A DNA stretch of 64,000 bases from Eledone cirrhosa (GCA_964016885.1 OZ024742.1:215264001-215328000); one strand, 5' to 3'. Shown: positions 14,619 through 29,519, counted from the first letter of the stretch. Translations and numbers: made by a program. Notes: generated by a model not told the origin, from the letters alone.

Positions 14619-15583
14619 AGGGAGTAAGGTTCTATACAAAACAGGGGTTATAGAGGAAAGTGGACTTGGAAATAGCACGGAAAGTATATTTAAGGATCTG
14701 TTTTTCTTTTCTTCTTCTTTGATTCGTAAAAGTGACATTATTGAAAAAATGAGAGGAAAAATTCTTTTTTTAAAAAAGAGTCTTAGAAAGTCTATAAAAT
14801 ATATAAAATGTAACCGGTTACGATGTAAAATAAATAAAATTAATTGTTGAAAAGGTCTGTTCATCTTTCTTGTTGTGAAGACTGGAGACTGATATATATA
14901 TAGAGAGAGAGAAGGAGACATATTAGTAGTAGTAGAAGCAGTGTTGGTAGTTGTGTTTTTTCACAAAACAAAATTATTTTTAGGAACAGTCTGAATTGTG
15001 ATAAAGGATTGGTCAAAAGTTCAGATAGGGTGGCGAAGATGGGAAATGTAAGCTAGAGACAATTGTTACAGCGGAGAGAGGTAGTTGAGAGTGGTAAACG
15101 GGATTCTGAAAAGAAATTCTATTTTAGAGAGTATGAAAGTGTATGTCTGAGTGTGTATAATAATCATTTCATCTCTTTCGCTATCTCTATCTCTTTCTCT
15201 CCGTTTCTCTTTATCTCTCTCTCTCCGTTTCTCTAACTATCTCTCTCTCTCTCTTTCTACACACACACACATATAAATATATATTAAATCTCATATATAT
15301 ATATATATACATATATATATGACCCCCAACCATCTTATAGACACCTGAAATATAGGCATTGTTAGCTTAAGAGAAACTTTAAAATAAGGAGTGCAACCCC
15401 AATTTGAACTTGTTTATAGAATTCTTTCTACCTTTGTCACTCTAAATATAAATGATAGCCTTAAAGAATTAGCTTTTAATGAATTCCCTTTGCTTTCAAC
15501 CAATGACCTCCACCTATACCACTCCCCACCCTCTCCTACCACCTGAAAAGATATAAATACCACAACATTTATTTAGGAAAGCC

Positions 15584-15634
15584 AGATTCCTGATGATTTC
15601 TAAAGAATGAAACAGTTCTAGTCCTGTAGAATCT
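15584..15634 (+). ncRNA. Type I HHR with intact core; predicted cleavage after GUA at 15628
   Basis: agattc-CTGATGA-tttc taaa gaat-GAAA-cag ttctagtc ctg-TA-gaatct. A second copy at 37842-37968 is truncated at the start of the core. Confidence 0.85.
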
Positions 15635-15732
15635 CATCTATATTAAAACTGTTTACTCTGCAAGGTATTGAGTACCTTACTTACTGTGGTTACCTCCGAT
15701 TCAACCCGGAATAACTTACCTATATATATATA

Positions 15733-15771
<39 letters not shown>

Positions 15772-16144
15772 TTCATTTAGGTTTGTTGGTTCACCACTGG
15801 ATAGAACTGGTCATTCCGTATAGTCAACCTTCATGTATAGTCAATATTAGGGAGTGAACTCGACGTAATGCAACTCACCCATTTTTCGTTTGTGTTGTTG
15901 GTGGTGCGAGTTCGGGGTTAATTATTATAAAATAAGAGGAGGCTGAACTGGTGTAATTTCTTAAAGGTTTATTGTACTATAAACATTTGAATGAACGGGT
16001 GCAGTAGGAATCCGGTGACATCACCAGGTATTCGAAATTTAACAAAGGAATATAATAGTCACAATCCATGGGGCTGAAAAGATAGAGAAACAAGAAGACG
16101 GCCAAACATTTAGCAATTTCTAGCCTGGTCTGTCCGCTTACAAG

Positions 16145-16219
<75 letters not shown>

Positions 16220-17049
16220 ATTGTGTACATAAATTATAAAAATACTCATTGAATTTTCATTAATGATTGCTTTACATTTTGTCAGCAATATTTTCGTTTC
16301 GATTTGTTTGTTTGATTTTTGCTTGATTTTTTTTTTTAAATGCTCTATATTTGCTACAAACAAACAGCCGAACATACGTAATCAAATTTCATTTCTCAAC
16401 AACTCTTCATGTGTTAATGCCAGAAGGTGTATGCTATATTTGGGAATTTAAATTTTCCCAGTCTGCATATCAGGTAGATTATAGACAATGCTACCTGACA
16501 GTAGGAAATTATTTGTGATATTATTTATTTATTTTAATTACCGAATATCTGATTATATCCTGTAATTATATCCAAGTTATTAAGAGTGGAATTAATGGAG
16601 GTATTAAAGCTTGAAATGAGATAATTTGCTGTATTTGTTCACATACTTAGCACTGTATCAGATAACTTGATTCTGTTTTAAACTCGGATCTGACAGTCCC
16701 TTAAGGACCGTTGGATAAATGCGATAAAATGGGGTGGCGAGACTTGGATAAATGGGTAATTATCGGTTATCTTCCATAATTAGGCCTATATATAATCAGT
16801 GACACAGTTTTCTTCAAAAAGTAAATGTTGCGTTCTGGTCACAGATATCGATTTCAGTGTAATTCAGTTACATGTATTTAAATACCATGCATCGCAAACC
16901 ATGCCACATATCAAGACATGGCTGTGCTTCAAACTTTTTTATGTGAGGAAAGACATTGAACAGAGCCAATCGCAATCTCTGAACAGCAAATGCATTTACC
17001 AAAAAAGATGTACAGGTCTACATCTTTGGAGGCAAAGAAAGTTCATGCC

Positions 17050-20000
17050 ATAGTGACCTTCTCCTGGAGAGATATAATAATGAAGTCACTCGCTTCACAA
17101 AAAAAAAAATATTGGATGGCCGTTGACTCTCTTGAGTTCTTCCGCCCTTTGATGGGGTTTCGAATTTCATCCCGCAGTGTGTCCAAAATAACCCTCCTAA
17201 CCAAGCAAGCTTGGTAGGTTTGCCAATTTAGTCAGCGACGACCCGACCATGCACAGGCTGTTCAGGGTTACATGTTACCAGTAGGACTAAAGATTGACCT
17301 GACATGCATTCATACTGACAGGAAGACACTGATATGTTTCGACGGTGAGCTCTGGACTAGGAGAGAGTGGCCGGACAATTTTGACATCACGATGGGATCG
17401 AGCGACTCGGCGCAGGTTACTGATCTGGTGGGCCTCTTCATCCTCAGGGACCTGAAAAGCGAGATCCCATCGTTAGGCGGTGGAATATACAGCGACGATG
17501 CGTTGTTTTCGCTACTCGACCACATAAATACCAGAAAGAACTTGATTAAATTTTTCAAAAACCTAGGCCTCAGCATAGACATAGTAATTAATAGAAAGGT
17601 AGTCAACTTCCTAGATGTTACCCTCAAGTTTGAGTCCGGCTTCTACTACCCGTACCACAACCGAACGAGTGCCTCAAGTACGTGAATGCCAACTCCAACC
17701 ATACCAGGTCAGTCAGGAGGGCCATAGTTAATACCGTATCGCGTAGGATTTCTTCTCTGTCAGCTAGCCAGGAAACCTCAATAGCGTAGCTAGCTACTAT
17801 AATAGTGCCCTTAGTAATGTTAGATACAAGGGAGGAATTAAGTTTATACCATGTCTAATGAATTACGGTACCGCTGACAGTAACACATCAGTGGGAATCA
17901 ACGATGGGATCAACACGACTAGGACTTCATTACTCGTCCCTGATACAACACCACAGAGTAATCCTGGAGAAACTGCTAACCATGGCTTATCAGGAAGGGA
18001 CCGCACCTCGCCTACTTTGAAAAGCAGTGAAGCCGAATCGCTGGAGCCACGGGGGACATGTGTGGGCCCGGGAGTGAGCGTGGATGGGACAAACCTCTTC
18101 CCTCGCTATGAGCGGGGACCACTCAGTTCGGGGTGCTCCGATCGGCGTAACCAACCGCGAGGAATCTGGGGGTCATGGTTATTCCAGATGTCCACAGCGT
18201 ATACATAACACGTACTCTGACGGAACGGGTACAGGGACTGGTGACTACAAGAAGCGAACCCGTTCCCGCAATGCCATTTGGTTACCCCCCCCCCTTTGCG
18301 CCGGTTTAAGCAACAACAGAGCGGCCTCTTTCTTCAGGGCTTTGGATAAGCACTTCCATAAGCAACACCGGTACCACGCCATCTTCAATAGACACACGAT
18401 TAAATTGTCCTACTCCACCACCAGAAACCTACCACAAAACATAGAAGCCTTGAACCGCAGTAGATTAAAAAACGTCTGTAACTCCAGGGGAAACAGCAAC
18501 CGTGAGAAGACGACCACGCAAATACTTCTTCCCCTGTTGGTAACGTCTTGGACCGTGAAAGACCGGGGAATCATACAAGGCATTCCGATGATACAGGCGG
18601 CAACACCCCTCCGGGCTGTAATTGTAGAAATCCTGGTGGCTGCGCCCTGGAGGGTAGGTGCCTCGGCAGTGGCTTAGTATATGAATGTAGGGTGAATACC
18701 AACAACCATGCCTTCACCTATATCGGAGCCGCGGCTAATAAGTTTAAAGAACGCTGATACAATCACTGCCACACTTTTAGGAGGGCGGATAAGAAACACA
18801 GCACCTCCCTCTCGGAACTAGTGTGGCGTCTCAAATCGAATAACGTAGAATTCACCTTGACGTGGTGCAAGGTAGCATCGGCCCAACCCTACAAAGAGGG
18901 TGGACATGACTCATGCGATTTGTGTGCCACCGAGATTATGGAAATAATCAAGAGGCGAGCTCGAGTTATCAATAAAAAGAGTAACTCCTTCGGCACCTGC
19001 CTCCACAGATCTTCAGGAATCTTCCTCAAACAGTCAGACTAGCAACGTAGTGGTGCTAGTTGAAGACGTTTGCAAACTTGTCCGTGGAAGCCGGGCATGG
19101 CCACGCGGCAACCCCAGCATCAGGCGAACCTTGGATATCTTGTTTGCACACTTGGAGTCTCTATGTGTACTTGTTTTTTGTCCTTTGTTCCCTATTCCTT
19201 TGTTTATATAACTACTTTTGTTTTTTTATTTATTTTTTCCCGTTCCTCGATTATTGTGTTCTATATATGTGTTCTCGTTTCTTCTATTTGTTCCTGTTCC
19301 TACTTTCGCTTCCCGTAACTCTCTTCCATGGCCTAACAGCCATGTTGATAGTATTGTTGCCACTGTGGTTGGGACTGAATGCTATGATCATTGTTGGCAT
19401 TGTGCCTTACAATGATAGAGGAGGATTGTATTAACTGGGAATGTTTTTATTTATATAAATACCCATCTATGTTTCTGTCCCATTTCACTTCTCTGTTGTT
19501 GTCATTGGTGTTACCAATGGCTTAATACTGACATTGTTGATACCACCACTACAGCGACGAACGGGATGGGTGATGGGCGGTGTTGGTGTTTGTTGTCGTT
19601 GCCATTGTTGTTACTGTTTATGGTCATGGTAATTCATATCACAAACTCTGTGTACCCACCTACGTCTAAAGTTCTATTTATTGCTTTGGCGTTATCGTTG
19701 TTTACGGTCGACATGGTGGTACCGTCACTGCGACGACTACGACCTGTATACACGACGCTGGTCTGTGTTTTTGCTGTTGTTGTTGTAAGTGTTTTTTACT
19801 GTAGCTGTTGTTTTAGTTGTTGTTGTCAATAAAGTGATGGTATCAGCACGACTATTGCGACCAGTGTGGATACATTTTGAGGCGGTTTGATGTCATTGTC
19901 ATTGTTGTTATTGTAGTTGTCGTTGTTGTTGTTGTTGTCTATAGGCGGTCGTCAACTAAATGTATACACCAGCCCCTTCAGAGCTCCTTGTGTTGCTTCA

Positions 20001-20308
20001 ACTGTCTACTAGGTTTTGGTTGCACACGGTTCTTCGTTCTTTTCGTCTTTTTAAGTTGATAGCTTTTTTTAACAAACGCGACGGCTGGCAAACCCTTCAA
20101 GGAAGTCATATCTATGCTGGGCGTACAGGCATTAGGTTGTGTATTTTCCTGGCAGCGACACATCAAATATATCGCTCGACATCTGAGGAAACCGTTCTCA
20201 TAATCAACAGCAAATGCATGAAGGACATCTCGATTGCACGGTGAACCGTAGAAATTATGATTATGATTAAACGATATGTAACCTCAGCATCTTATTTTAT
20301 TATTTTTA
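17050..20308 (+). mobile_element. Decayed Naiad-type Penelope-like retroelement (RT, GIY-YIG, 1.27-kb 3' region)
   Basis: FDITMGSSDSAQVTDLVGLFIL, GIYSDDAL, VNFLDVTL, KRTRSRNAIWLPPP, HRYHAIFNRHTIKLSYS, CNCRNPGGCALEGRCL, YIGAAANKFKER, CDLC...CLH; several frameshifts and stops. Confidence 0.9.
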
Positions 20309-20323
20309 TATATATATATGCAT

Positions 20324-20422
<99 letters not shown>

Positions 20423-20852
20423 TAGATAGATAGATATATAGATATATATGCAACTATATATATTTATATATGTCTATATATATGTATGTATGTTTATGTA
20501 TGAGTGTGTGTATATAAACATATATATGTGTATGTAATCACAAGGTTACATCTTTAGGTAGAAAACTGTTTTACGCTGAATGTATTTTCAGATTGATGAG
20601 AGTAACCTGAAACCTCTCATTAGACGCATGATCTGTAAACGTGTTTGGGAACCAAATATTAATTAAATAAATTCGACGAACCGTATGAAAGTAGTGATCC
20701 TGAATATATGAATACATGGAAAATAATACAAAAACAGTCTAGATGAAACAGTTAATTAAGGGTGTTGCTCTAAGACATGTTTCTACAAAATTACCAGATG
20801 AATATAAATGAATAGCACAATGTAGTACAGACTTGCAAACGGTCTATTAAGC

Positions 20853-20962
<110 letters not shown>

Positions 20963-20973
20963 GTATATATATA

Positions 20974-21040
<67 letters not shown>

Positions 21041-22132
21041 ACATGTTCTTTATTTTGACATCAGAGTCATTGAAAAGGAATGTTAATACCACATCTATGC
21101 CAGAGGAGATGTCCTACCTGACACCTCGAAGTCCTTGCCACCTTTGAACTTAGGAAATTAATTTACACTATAACCACAAGTATCATGTCTTAATTCGGTA
21201 AAGCATTCAAGCTATTGATATTTACGTGCTTTCGGTGTTATTATTTTAAAGGTCTATAAGTACGACAACGACAAAAAAAAACATCAAAGTTTGACCTAAA
21301 TATAAGTACAAGATAAAGACAAAGCATCGTATGTTCCTTTACCTGACTTCAAAGCTGGTTCTCTAACTGAGAATATTAGCTTTTCTTCTTCTTTTACATA
21401 TCTTTATACTCTTTCCTCCCTTACTTCTGCACTATTCTTAAATCATAAACGTTCTAGCCCCCTCAGATTTCTTAATACGAATACGGAACATTAACTCATC
21501 TCCTACATCATTCCGATCTATTGTCAGCATCATTTTGCACCTATAACCACTCTCCTTTAGTTTAATGATGCTAACATTTTAGGCATTTTATTTTACTCCC
21601 CAAGACCAGCCTAATGGAGTCCATGTGGATACCTCACATGTATGTGTGTACGGACATTTCTTTTTTAACCTGTGAATTGTTTATGTGTGTGAAAATGTGT
21701 GTTTCATTTTGAATTTACTTATGAAAAGATTTCCCTTATTAACGTATTTTCCTGAGTGAAAATTTCCCCACACCGGTAAATGGAAAGATATCGAAATTTG
21801 GTAAACGGAAAAAATGTATATATAACAAATCATCAAATTACTTGACACATTACAGGAACCTTTCAAATAATCAAAAGTTAAGTCATTGCATTTTTCAAAC
21901 CCTATATTCCCCATGACAGTAACACCAAGTGATTATTCTCTATTTCTAAAATTCCATTTGTATCTATCAGTTCGAGGAATATTTTGTTGCACTGAGGGTC
22001 TCCATTGAAAAGCTATAACCTCACAGCTTGAGTGCACTTTAATTGCATTTGAGCTGCATACCTGTCGGTGAAACACTAGTTTTGAAGAAAAATTAGGTAT
22101 TTCGTTGACTATTTGCTTTTCATGTTTATGAT

Positions 22133-22180
<48 letters not shown>

Positions 22181-22290
22181 ATAGTCAACGATATACCTAA
22201 TTTTTCTTCAAAACTGGTGTTTCGCCGATGGGTATGCAGCTCAAATGCAATTAAATACAAGTGTTTTTAGGCATCATATCATGTTACCTT

Positions 22291-22359
22291 ATTTTATCTG
22301 ATGAGAACGCAATTATCGTCCCGGGATGATATTTGTTTTTGAAGTGCGCATAATAAAAT
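22291..22359 (+). ncRNA. Type I HHR of the 'tgcgca' family (GAAG variant in this copy)
   Basis: ttttat-CTGATGA-long stem II-GAAG-tgcgca-TA-ataaaa; family copies near 34081, 34470, 34661, 36810, 37276, 37470. Confidence 0.65.
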
Positions 22360-22392
22360 ATATGGAACTTTTCTAACCATCTTTTTATTTCT

Positions 22393-22450
<58 letters not shown>

Positions 22451-22494
22451 GGATAAGAAACAAGGATTCAGTGTTGCATCATAAATATTTAATA

Positions 22495-22586
22495 ACATAT
22501 TACGTATGTTTCACTATCGATAAGCTCAAGGCAAGACCTCTTATAGATCAAACCTTACTCTGTAATCGAAAGGTCGTCAGATATGC
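22495..22586 (-). ncRNA. Type I HHR with a GUA site
   Basis: Minus strand: gcatat-CTGACGA-cctttcgat...atcgatagt-GAAA-catacg-TA-atatgt. Confidence 0.7.
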
Positions 22587-22789
22587 TTGGTATATGAGTT
22601 CGTCTCCGATTCTGTGTGTTCAAATCTTCAGCTATTAGCTATCTACAGCACATATTAGCACCATGTTATTCTACGCCCGTTTATTGGTTCAAGTATCTAA
22701 TCATCATCATCAGTCATAGAATGACATCTTAACAAACACATGATGGCTCTGGTGCCTGCCTTAAACGGACTTTTAATCTAGGAGACAAC

Positions 22790-25410
22790 CACCACACAAC
22801 GGATTATTGGAAGATTTCGCAAACCCAAATATTGATATGATCCGGAACGTTAAATTCCGAAGGATTACAACACGTAACAATACATACCTCACTAAACTCA
22901 GCTCCCGAAATAAGCGCATGGAGCAGTGCTCGGATTTACTTGTGCCATCGCATAAAACGGCCAACTTATACAGGCTTCACCACAAAACATATAATGACTG
23001 CATTAGCTGGGAAATTAGGAACACTTATAGGACCACGGTAGAAGACAACCGTAACAACATTAACGCAGCAACTACAAAAATAATGAGGGAACTAGAAATA
23101 GACGCAGAACTGAGCCACATGTAACTAAGGAAAACCAGGGTATCTGTAAAGGACCATAAGCCAGACTTTAGGAAAAAATCTCCCGGTTAGGTTAGCACCC
23201 TCTAAGTCGTACATAGGTAGAGTCAGTAAAAATATAATAGATACGATATTACCGGAACTACGGGCTAGAACTAAACTTAACTTATGGACCTCCATCATGG
23301 AGGTAATAGTTTGGTTCTCGCTATTAGGAAACAAATAACAAGTGAAGTTGATACAGATGGACATGGCGAATCATTACGCGTCGATATTCCCAGTAATTGT
23401 TAATAAGGCCCTCACGAACGCTATGAGCAAATCTAGCCTCGCGAGAAGAGAAGTAGGCATTGTTGTAGCAGCGAGAAAAACACTCATACGATACGACGAT
23501 AGACTATGTGAACGGAAAGATATACCGATAGTGTTGATATAACTATGGGATCTGGTGACTCCACCTAAGTGACAGACCAAGTGGGAATGTTCCTCCTCGA
23601 ACGGCTGCCGGAGGGGATCCCTGGGGTAGTGTGTGGTCTATATGGGACGACGCTCTTTTTACATTCCACTCGCTTAACCTTACCCAGTTGGAACGTATGC
23701 GGAAACGCATTAGACATTTTTTAAGCAGTACGGATTAACGATAGAGGTAGACCTTAGCACAAGGACGGTGAATTTCCTGGATGTAACCCTGGAGCATTCA
23801 CCGGCCCTATCATAAGCCTAACGGAAACTTTCAATATGTAAACAGACATTCGAACCAACCTCAGTCAGTAAAAAAATCTATAGTTAAGGGGGTTTCGAAC
23901 CGGGTCTCTACCTTGTCGGCCAACGCAGATGTAATCAAAGAGCACGCCGAATATTATAATGAGGCACTGTCAACGGCCGGTTATACGTAAGCCAATGTAT
24001 ACACTCCAGACACGGGCAGACCTAGCTGCGGGAAACCCAGCTACACGGATAGCTATAACATAGTTAGAGACAGGTACAATAACCGCGCAAATAACCGAAC
24101 AAATGCGCAAAAGTAGGCCCCGGGAAATAGATATCGACAAGACAATTAAACGGGTTCCGACGCCGGGAGATTGTAGGGCTCATAACACGGGGAAACAGAA
24201 CCTCTCCATCGGCACAGCGAGTGATAGGAGAGACAGCAGTAGGGATATCTTACGGGTTAATGACAACGTTGCAGCACTGGCAACGCAAACAGAAAATACC
24301 AGTAGGAAAGGATATATGGCCATCAAATATCCACTCCATAATTTAGAAAATAAACACAGAAAATCGGACCTATATAATAGATCTTGGAATAGTGAGAATA
24401 TGAGGGTTGGAGGAGGAGAAAAGCAAGCCATGAGTAAACAGCATTGCCCTATACCCGCAACACATAGACGACACAATAGGATTAGATCTAGGGATATTAT
24501 GTTGTTCAATGCACCGTACTCTAAGCACATGCGCACTAACATACCCGGCATATTCTTTAGGGCATTAGATGAGTGTTTCTCGGCTACACACAAATGCCAC
24601 AAACTTTTCAATCGCCACAAGGTGAAGTTCTCATTTTCTACTGCACCCAACCTGGGCAACTATATAGCCGAAACCAATTTAGTGAATATGAAAAGTTCGA
24701 ACGTCGCCAACACCAGACGAATGACATTTTCTGCGTAGCCGGGAGAGCACTTATAGACACAGGCAAAACATGCGACCCGCCCACACTGACATTCGACCCA
24801 CAGTGGGCCGAGACCTGGGAAACCAGCTGACGCTGACCTTGAACGTGGAATCCACTACGCCCGCGGATGGCCACGGAGGAAGAGGAGTACAGGTCGAAAC
24901 GAGATGCCGTCATCACGTCAAGACCAGGCAACCTCACACCGAACCTGTAACTGCCCCAATAACATACAATACCCTCTCAGAGGAAGTGCCTAACGAAAGA
25001 CATCTTGTATAAATGTGTGGTTGAGACACACAACACCAGACACTTCTACATCGGTGCAACACCCACGACCTTTAAGTCGCGGATTACAACCATACGAATT
25101 CTTTCTAGGACCGGGCTCAGAGACGCTCCACTAGACTGGTGGACTTAAATAGGTGGTTGGAAGATAGTGGCAGGGAATACAAGCTTTACTGGAGTGTAGT
25201 ACAACGTGCAGCTGCATATTCCGCCGGTGAAGGACGCTGTAAACTATATCTGGCAGAAGCCATGGAGATAGTCAGATTAAAAAATAACGCGGTCACTCTA
25301 AAATCTGAAGTCATCAAGGCATGCAGACACCAACGGAATCGCACCTTTTCTGTACTGGAAATCCCGGATAATAGTGGAGTACGCCGCATGACGGAGCGCG
25401 TACTATAGAG
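22790..25410 (+). mobile_element. Decayed Naiad-type PLE (second family)
   Basis: SHKTANLY, ARKTLIRY, VNFLDVTL, RSRDIMLFNAPYS, HKLFNRHKVKFSFS, HFYIGATPTTFK, CKLYLAE...CRH. Confidence 0.88.
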
Positions 25411-25827
25411 GGAAATGTTTATGCTTCCCCCCTCTTGTTTACTCACGAAGCTCAGGCTGTGTCTATCTGTCGTCCGACATCTTCTGGTTAAGGACAACAT
25501 GGTAATAGAATATACATCAATATTACTAGAGCATATTATTTGAAGCATGTCACGAGGCTGTGATCATTCGCGCATACCCATGCATCCACACGTGCGAGGT
25601 TTATATCGTGTTATTCTTTTATTTTTGTAACTGCATATTATCGTATTTCACTTAATTGTATATATTTTTTTGATTTTTCCTTATTGCTTCCATCTATATA
25701 TATACAGACACACACGAGGGGAGAGACATATGTATGATGTGACATTATATCATCACTTTTATTTTATTTTATTTTTAAAATATTTACTGTATGCACATTT
25801 ATATTCATGGAGATAAGTGTGTATGTA

Positions 25828-25900
<73 letters not shown>

Positions 25901-26134
25901 GTGTGTATGTGTGTGTGTATATATATATATATGTGTATTATGTGTGTGCGTGTGTACATATGTGTATGTATGTATATCTGTGTATATGTGTATCTTTAAG
26001 TATATGTGAGTATATCGAAGGAAAAGTGCATGTCTATACACGCAGAAAGTAAGTACAAACGTTTGATTGTTAGTATATACGTATAGATATATGTATGGTT
26101 GTGTGTTTGAGTGCATGTGTACGTGTTTGTGTAC

Positions 26135-26173
<39 letters not shown>

Positions 26174-26202
26174 TGTATATGTGAATAAATGTGTATATGT
26201 GC

Positions 26203-26242
<40 letters not shown>

Positions 26243-26247
<5 letters not shown>

Positions 26248-26555
26248 TATGTATGTATGTATACGTACATACATAGATGTATACAGACGTACAGTAGTAT
26301 GTATATATATACATACATGCACACATATATATATGCACGTATCGGTTTACCGAACATTTATTCTAATGCTCGGTTTTTTTGTTAGTAAACAAACAAACAG
26401 CCCGAATTACGCCGTACAGTGTTTAGGCAACCACATCACCTTTTGTTCAACACTGACACAGGAACGATGTACTAGTTTCAAGCTTATTAGCTATCGTAAG
26501 CATCATATACCTTCCTGCCAGATGGTTGAACGTCTGAAAGTATTATACTTTCCTT
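26243..26555 (-). mobile_element. Short HHR-bearing PLE-end repeat; copies at 36020-36340 and 36415-36703, fragments at 63090-63475
   Basis: Shared 'aaacaaacagcccgaattacg...gttcaacactgacacaggaacgatgtactagtttc'; HHR on the minus strand at 26466-26504 (core decayed to CTTACGA). Confidence 0.75.
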
Positions 26556-27769
26556 ATGAAATTTCAAATCTTAGAATGAATATGTTAATGAGGCTACATG
26601 TAAAGTTGAAAAAGATCGTTACATTTAGACGCTAGATAAATTTAAATAATTATTTGGATAAATGTTTAAGGGAAGAAAAGAGAGAGGTTAATATTAATAA
26701 TAGGTTGTCGGAAAATTTAATAATAAGTATGAAAAAAAGTATATTATAGTTAGAAATACTCTATTATTATTAAAATATAACTGTTTGGATCATATCAGTG
26801 ATGGTGTAAAGAGATTGATATAATTATATTTATTTATTTAATTATAATTATATATTTTGGCACTATCTATAAAATAATAAGATAATTGTAAATGTGTTGA
26901 AGTGGTAGAATACCAATTTAAATTTTTGTTTATTGAGAGATACTACTAATTATTGGATCTATACTAATCGTGAGTTTTAATATTATATAGATAATATTTA
27001 TAAGTATATTTTATGAAGAATTAAGGTTGTAAGTATATTTTACTTTATTATATTACAATAGGTTATTTATATAAATATTTATATAAATAATTTTGGTGAG
27101 TATATAATGTTGTTTTTATCAATAGATAGATAATTTAAATATGTTTATATATGTTAAGGGTCTCGATGAATTTCATGTTTATATTTTCAATATATAGTTA
27201 AGAAAAAGGAAGTAGTTCTAATTTTATTAGAGAAGATTATGTTGTACAATCTATAGTTCAATCAAGATAGGAATACATTTACAAAGTTTAGTAGGTTAAC
27301 GAAATTATACAGAAAATGTAATATTTATTTAAAGTTTAGTTGTTAGTTAGAAGAAATATTTAAGCGTGTTACATTATAAAGTAAAAGTTAACTCCAATAT
27401 TTCTTAGTTAAAATAGTTAAGTTACATTTGTCGTTTATACTAGAATTTAATTTAAAAAACAATATTCAATTAAGATATATTCAAAATATATGTAGCAAAA
27501 TGTTAGCATTACTTACATCTATGCATATGATAATGTCTATATAGTCAATTAGGAAGAAATATTAGAAACATCCAAAGTATATTCAGAAACATAATTAAAT
27601 CTATCACAAAAAAGATATATTTCAAAATATCATTTAAAAAGAATATCATTTCAAAAATATCACTTAAAAAGAAAAATATCATCTAAAAGTCACCACAAAA
27701 CATCAAAAAAACAGTGAAGCCATATAAAATGTAAACAATTGAGATATAGATAATATTTTCTATAGATTA

Positions 27770-28960
27770 TAGATACTTCTGAACGTTTTGATGTCTGCAA
27801 TTGAATAAATCTTTCTTTTTATTAATAGAGTTTGGGCTGGAAGAAAATGAAATATTTCATCAATACACAAATGACAAATTCTTGAGAGAGCCATATTTCT
27901 GTATGCGGGCGCTTTCGAAATCGTTCCCCAACAGATTGAATAGTCAATGTTATTGTCTTTTAAATACCAAATTAGATGTGAAAGTGATGTTGAAAATGTT
28001 TTGTCTGATCTAATAAATGTATATATGTGATTATACCAGCGTTCCTTACATTTTGTAGAAGTGGCTCCTATATAGTTATATATTTTATCTCTAGGTTTTA
28101 CTATGTATTTATATACTAAGTTGTTATCCAGACAATTATTCTGTAAAGGGCAATTTAATTCGTTTCTACAGTTACATTTTCCAGAGTTGTTGTCAATAGG
28201 AACGGTACGATTATTATTATTATTAATACTGTTAGTAGTAATATTAATATTGTTATTTTGGTTTATTTGGTTAAGGTTTAAATTTAAGTTTCTATTATTA
28301 ATTCTATTAATATGTTGTGCTATGTTTATAGTAGTAGAGTAAGATAGTTGTATAGTATATCTGTTTAAAATAGATTGGTATCTATGGGATTTAGGAAAAC
28401 ACTTATCTAATGCTTTGAAAAATAGGTTTGCTACAGGTGCTTTAACTACTAATGAGAATAGGGGAGAGTACCAAATAATATTTCTAGTTCTAGTTCTTTT
28501 GTTTGATTTACTATTTATATTAAATTACGTATTGGATTGGCAGTATCAGTAGAGGGTCGGACGCCATGCTTTGATGCCTAAGAGTTACGTCTCTTTACGA
28601 TCTGAGTTCAAATCCTGCCGAGGTTAACTTTGCCTTTCATCCTTACGGGGTCGATAAAATATAATACCAGTAATGTACTGGTTATTTGCTGGCCTTGTGC
28701 CAAATTTAGAAACAATTATTATTATTTTAGGAGGATTTTGCATATTATTGTTATCTAAGTATTCAATTTTATTCATGTAGCCATACTTATACTCATTACT
28801 TAAATTTTCTGTCACCCTAATATTAATATTAACCTTTCTCTCTTCTTCCCTTAAAAAATAATCCTAATATTTATTTAAATTTACCTAGCGTCTAAATATA
28901 ACGAACTCTTTCAACTTTACGTTTAGCCTCATTAACATATTCATCCTAAGATTTTAAATA
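27770..28960 (-). mobile_element. Decayed AT-rich Naiad-type PLE (linker + GIY-YIG), interrupted by a SINE
   Basis: Minus translation: RTRNIIWYSPLFS...ALDKCFPKSHRY...CNCRNELNCPLQNNCL...YIGATSTKCKERWYNH...STSLSHLIWYLK...CHLC. Confidence 0.85.
28533..28722 (+). mobile_element. tRNA-derived SINE inserted in the Naiad remnant
   Basis: Full-length match to the 8021 family. Confidence 0.9.
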
Positions 28961-29041
28961 TCTCTCACTATCCAAACAGAACGTAAAACGATACGTTCTT
29001 GTTTTTTGGGATATATCACGACTTATAAAACAACTTTTGTC

Positions 29042-29098
29042 TTTTATCTGATGAGAGTGTACCAAAATGTCGGTACCCTTGAAATATATATAATAAAA
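29042..29098 (+). ncRNA. Type I HHR with an AUA site; family copies at 44461-44522 (-, GACA variant) and 51515-51576 (-)
   Basis: ttttat-CTGATGA-gagtgtacc...ggtaccctt-GAAA-tatata-TA-ataaaa; shared downstream 'tagtttccatt'. Confidence 0.75.
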
Positions 29099-29141
29099 TA
29101 AATATGGTTTCATAAAGATAGTTTCCATTTATTAATATCAT

Positions 29142-29229
<88 letters not shown>

Positions 29230-29470
29230 AGATATAGATATATAGATATATAGATAAATAGATAGATATATACGCACATATACACACACACACACACATA
29301 TATATATATATGGGTGTATATTTATCTACTTATTTATATATGGATGTAGGGGTGTGCACGTGTAGTTTTGTGGGTGTACACATATGGGCGCGTATACATA
29401 TATGTCCGTGTCGATTTACATATATATGTATGTATATGTGCGTGTGTGCCTATGTGTACGAATGTGTATG

Positions 29471-29519
<49 letters not shown>

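Noticed and set aside
18755-18757. In-frame TGA in the Naiad GIY-YIG domain as a possible selenocysteine codon
   Set aside because: The sister copy at about 42529 has TGG (ERWYNH) and the position is not a Cys site, so this is an ordinary nonsense mutation
20585-20640. TTGATGAGAG...GAAAC as a hammerhead
   Set aside because: The core is altered and no consistent stem III/NUH could be built
22040-22255. Tail-to-tail inverted repeat around (TA)n as an HHR element
   Set aside because: The repeat is real, but I found no CTGAnGA with a matching stem I, so a ribozyme call is not supported
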